This document shows positions 53,011 to 55,880 of a DNA stretch of 55,880 nucleotides, piece after piece. Below the pieces are notes generated by a model that was given only the letters and a program-made list of their open reading frames with translations, ran no database searches and was not told where the DNA came from. This DNA is from [Eubacterium] saphenum (GTDB lineage Bacteria; Bacillota; Clostridia; Oscillospirales; Ruminococcaceae): NCBI GenBank assembly GCA_004554555.1, contig SFLN01000016.1:1-55880 (forward strand), read 5' to 3'. Both the position numbers and the translations under genes were made by a program. How positions within the stretch are numbered: position 1 is the first letter of the stretch; each line of letters opens with the position of its first letter.

Positions 53011-55527
53011 ATGGAAGATACGTTAAAGCTTGTAGGACGCACCTCCAACGAGATTTTTCTGCTGCGCTATCCGTCGTCCGTGCTGGATTTCTGCGGGTTT
53101 GATTTGTCATATTTTGCCAAAAGCGCGATTGACGCGTGCAGCGAGGCGCAGAAAACCGGCAAAATCAACCCCGATGTTTTCGCGCAGCTGCGCCGTGATA
53201 TACAGAACGCGCATTGCTATATCGAGCACAACATTCGGACAACCTACGAAAAGGTTGCGATAGACTGCTGGATTGATTACCTCTGCCGCCGCGACAACAT
53301 CGGCACGGGAACCCTCTGGAACCGCTATATAAGCTGCCGCACGCCGTTTGACAAGATGGTTTTCTCGCGGCTTTGCGAGTTTAGGTACAACCGCGCGATA
53401 AACGAGTGGCTGAACATCGTGCGCGTGCAGGACTACGCCAAGAGCAAGATTGACTTCGTGTTCACCAAGGACGTCAAAAACGCCAAGGAAGCCGCCTCGC
53501 GCAGAAATTACTTTGATTTGATGTTCAGCGTGACCGCGCAGGAAATGGGCTGCAGGCTTGAGGATTTGGGTGAAATCAAGGTATTCTCGGTCGGGAGAAC
53601 GCCGAGTTCGCCGTTTATGTTCTCGGCGATTTCCAAGGATATCGTGCGGCACGTTCTCGCGGATTTCGACTACTCGGACGATTACTCGGACATCGGCGAT
53701 TATCGCGAGATTTCTGATCAAATCGCGATGGACGCGTTTGCGAAGATGAAAGCGGGGCTGCCCGCGGAGCTTTCGAGCTACAACATCGTCCGCGGTAAGA
53801 TGGAAAATTACACCGAGAAAATCTATATGCCGTGCAGCTTGAAAGCTGTCGTTGACCTGGAGATTGACGCGATAATCGAGAGCGGCGGGATTTTGTGCCC
53901 GTGCAAACGCTGCGGGCGGCTGTACCTCAGAAACGCGGATTATAACGAGGATTACTGCCGAACCTATCTCACAAACGGCAAAACCTGCCTTGAAATCTAC
54001 CGCGAGGAACACCCCGTTCAGCGCATAACACCAACGCTTGAGGAGAAGTGCAGGGCGGTAACCGATGAGATTTACTCGCGCGTTGGCAAAACGATGAGCA
54101 CGAAGGAGTACGAAAACTGGTACACCTATATGAGCGCGATGAAAGGGAAAGTGGACACGGGCGAGATTTCCCCCGAGGAGCTGAACTCGTTCCTGGATTA
54201 CTCGCTGAGCGTGGATATATCGCGCTCCAAGCCGATTGTCGAGGTGCCGAAGCGCGAGGAGCGGCCGTCGCGAGAGCGCGTTGTGAAGCCGTTTGTGCCA
54301 GAGAGGATTTCGCGCAGCGAGCTTGCTCCGCAAAAAAAGTCCGAGCCCGAAAAGCCCGAGGAAGAGGAGGAAGCACCGAAGGACGGATTTTTCACATCGC
54401 CGACAGTGTTCCGCCGCAAAAACGAGGGACAGCAGATTTCGCACATTATTCGCGGCGGCGAACCGCGCGGCGACAGCGGTTACACGAAAAATCCAAATCC
54501 GCGTGATTTTCAGCCGTTTGCGCAGCCGAGTTATTCACCGCAGCCCGAGTTCCCCGAGCGCAAAATTACTGATGAGAACCGCGTTCGCGAGGATTTTGCC
54601 GAAGCTCCCGACCAGCCGAAGTTCGGCGGGGATTTCGTGCCGTTTTCGCAGGGCAGCGAGAGTGCGTTCGCCGAGGATTTCCCGCACGAGCAAAGCCGTT
54701 TCGTGAGCAAAAATTCCGCTCCCGAGGACGAAGCGGATTATGGTCAATCGGCAGAGACTTCTGAGAGATACACGGGCGCTGCGCAAAATTCAGCCGCAGT
54801 TTCCGATAGACACACAAGCGCTGTACAAAATCCGACAGAGGTTGTCGATAGACACACAAGCGCTGCACAAAACGCAGCCGAGGTTTCCGATAGACACACA
54901 AATGTTCCCGAAAAACCGGCAGAAAAGCGTGAGCAAAAGCCAAAGGTTATCAGGAAAAACGCGGCGGCGATTTCGGCTTACGGGAAAATGTCGGGTGCTG
55001 CGGTCACGACAGCGCCGCCCGAGATGGATTTGGTTTCCGCGAGAACCGATGACGAAAGAGTCGCGCAAAGAGTTCCCGAGGAAACACACGTTCCCGAGGA
55101 AACACACGTTCCCAAGGAAACACTCGTTCCCAAGGACACAAACCGTGCTGTTGAGCCAAATTTGATGAGCGAACAGGATTTCCCCGACGACGAGCCGTTT
55201 CGCGATATCGGAAGCATTTTCGATATTCTCGAGCAGTCGGAGAGCGATTTGAGCGGAAAGCCGCACAAGAACAGGTATATGGACGAGAACGAGCCGTCGC
55301 CCGAGTGGGAGAAAAAACCGCGCGAGAGCGTTCCTAAAGAGGTAACGAAGGAGAACGCGCCGAGCGGTATCTGGACGGAGGACAGAAATCTTTTCGGCAA
55401 TGACACGCAGTCCGAGCTGGATATGCTCAAGGAGAAAAAGCACTCCAAGTCCAACAAAACGCGCCGTTTGTACGACGTCATAATGCGCGAGCCGGACGAC
55501 AACCCGAATTTCCGCCGCAAAAATTAA
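53011..55527 (+). CDS. Uncharacterised protein with a DUF6076-like Cys cluster and a long disordered C-terminal region
   Basis: 838 aa, RBS GGAGG; CKRCGRLY..DYC..GKTC; Pro/Glu/Ser-rich repeats. Confidence 0.75.
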   Translation: MEDTLKLVGRTSNEIFLLRYPSSVLDFCGFDLSYFAKSAIDACSEAQKTGKINPDVFAQLRRDIQNAHCYIEHNIRTTYEKVAIDCWIDYLCRRDNIGTGTLWNRYISCRTPFDKMVFSRLCEFRYNRAINEWLNIVRVQDYAKSKIDFVFTKDVKNAKEAASRRNYFDLMFSVTAQEMGCRLEDLGEIKVFSVGRTPSSPFMFSAISKDIVRHVLADFDYSDDYSDIGDYREISDQIAMDAFAKMKAGLPAELSSYNIVRGKMENYTEKIYMPCSLKAVVDLEIDAIIESGGILCPCKRCGRLYLRNADYNEDYCRTYLTNGKTCLEIYREEHPVQRITPTLEEKCRAVTDEIYSRVGKTMSTKEYENWYTYMSAMKGKVDTGEISPEELNSFLDYSLSVDISRSKPIVEVPKREERPSRERVVKPFVPERISRSELAPQKKSEPEKPEEEEEAPKDGFFTSPTVFRRKNEGQQISHIIRGGEPRGDSGYTKNPNPRDFQPFAQPSYSPQPEFPERKITDENRVREDFAEAPDQPKFGGDFVPFSQGSESAFAEDFPHEQSRFVSKNSAPEDEADYGQSAETSERYTGAAQNSAAVSDRHTSAVQNPTEVVDRHTSAAQNAAEVSDRHTNVPEKPAEKREQKPKVIRKNAAAISAYGKMSGAAVTTAPPEMDLVSARTDDERVAQRVPEETHVPEETHVPKETLVPKDTNRAVEPNLMSEQDFPDDEPFRDIGSIFDILEQSESDLSGKPHKNRYMDENEPSPEWEKKPRESVPKEVTKENAPSGIWTEDRNLFGNDTQSELDMLKEKKHSKSNKTRRLYDVIMREPDDNPNFRRKN
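54763..54900 (+). repeat. In-frame 42-bp (14-aa) coding tandem repeat
   Basis: Units at 54763, 54805, 54847 and 54889 (DRHTSAxQNxxEVS-like). Confidence 0.9.
55072..55143 (+). repeat. In-frame 18-bp (6-aa) coding tandem repeat
   Basis: GTTCCC(G/A)AGGA(A/C)ACA units at 55072, 55090, 55108 and 55126 (VPEETH-like). Confidence 0.92.
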
Positions 55528-55576
55528 CAGCGCGCTCAGCACAACAGAATCCGTGTGCGAACCGAATATAAAACAA

Positions 55577-55621
55577 ATGCCGCGAGGTGATTTTTCGTCA
55601 CCGCGCGGCATATATTTTTTT
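55577..55621. terminator. Probable bidirectional terminator between convergent genes
   Basis: ATGCCGCG-A-GGTGA...TCACC-G-CGCGGCAT with an A-rich left flank and a T-rich right flank. Confidence 0.7.
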
Positions 55622-55644
55622 AGGTAATTTTGTGAAAAACCGCA

Positions 55645-55880
55645 TTACTCAGCGTTTTTTCCGGTCATCTGCGAGATTTCGGCAAGGCAGTTTTTGCAGA
55701 TATTCTTGCCCTTGAAGGTTGTGATTTCTCCCGCGTTGGAGCAAAAAGCGCAAGCAGGCGAGTACTTTTTCAAGATAATGTGGTCGTCTTCAACGTAGAT
55801 TTCAAGGCTGTCCTTTTCGTCTATGTCAAGATTTCTGCGGAGTTCAATGGGGATAACAATACGCCCAAGCTCGTCCACCT
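55645..55880 (-). CDS. abrB: AbrB-family transition-state regulator (5' end outside the window)
   Basis: VDELGRIVIPIELRR and a C-terminal CxxC..CxxC (CAFC, CKNC). Confidence 0.93.
   Translation of the reverse strand, partial: VDELGRIVIPIELRRNLDIDEKDSLEIYVEDDHIILKKYSPACAFCSNAGEITTFKGKNICKNCLAEISQMTGKNAE

Noticed and set aside
1..55880. Autonomous mobile element, prophage or defence island
   Set aside because: No transposase, integrase, phage or defence-type ORF was recognised; the coding content is core chromosome

Overview
Core-chromosome segment of a Firmicute, most likely a spore-forming Clostridia of the Oscillospiraceae/Ruminococcaceae type (inferred from gene content, SigA-type promoters, and cwlD-, spoVD/spoVE- and abrB-like genes). 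In order: flotillin; a complete V/A-type ATPase operon; rel, recJ, purB and cwlD on the minus strand; alaS, HIT, holA, rnmV, an MBOAT-DHHW pair and an RluA-family gene; a PilZ / GGDEF / ParA / ComFB-like / MreB-family cluster; the dcw cluster from mraZ to ftsZ; two uncharacterised genes; and a truncated abrB. I found no transposase, integrase, cas gene, tRNA or rRNA. The most unusual signal is non-coding. Six intergenic regions are mosaics of palindromic modules. The core module is a 33-bp hairpin (13-bp stem, 7-nt CATCGAR-type loop, 12 copies) with compensatory stem changes, and it is nearly always abutted on one fixed side by a second inverted repeat of variable sequence. Other signals: three degenerate repeat arrays splitting the dcw operon, an ERIC-like 165-nt rod right at a promoter, a degenerate DnaA-box-like cluster upstream of mraZ, and an in-frame PASTA-coding relic after the PBP stop codon. 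The best protein-level candidate for an undescribed system is the c-di-GMP cluster with an orphan ParA. All calls come from reading the sequence by eye; no searches were run.
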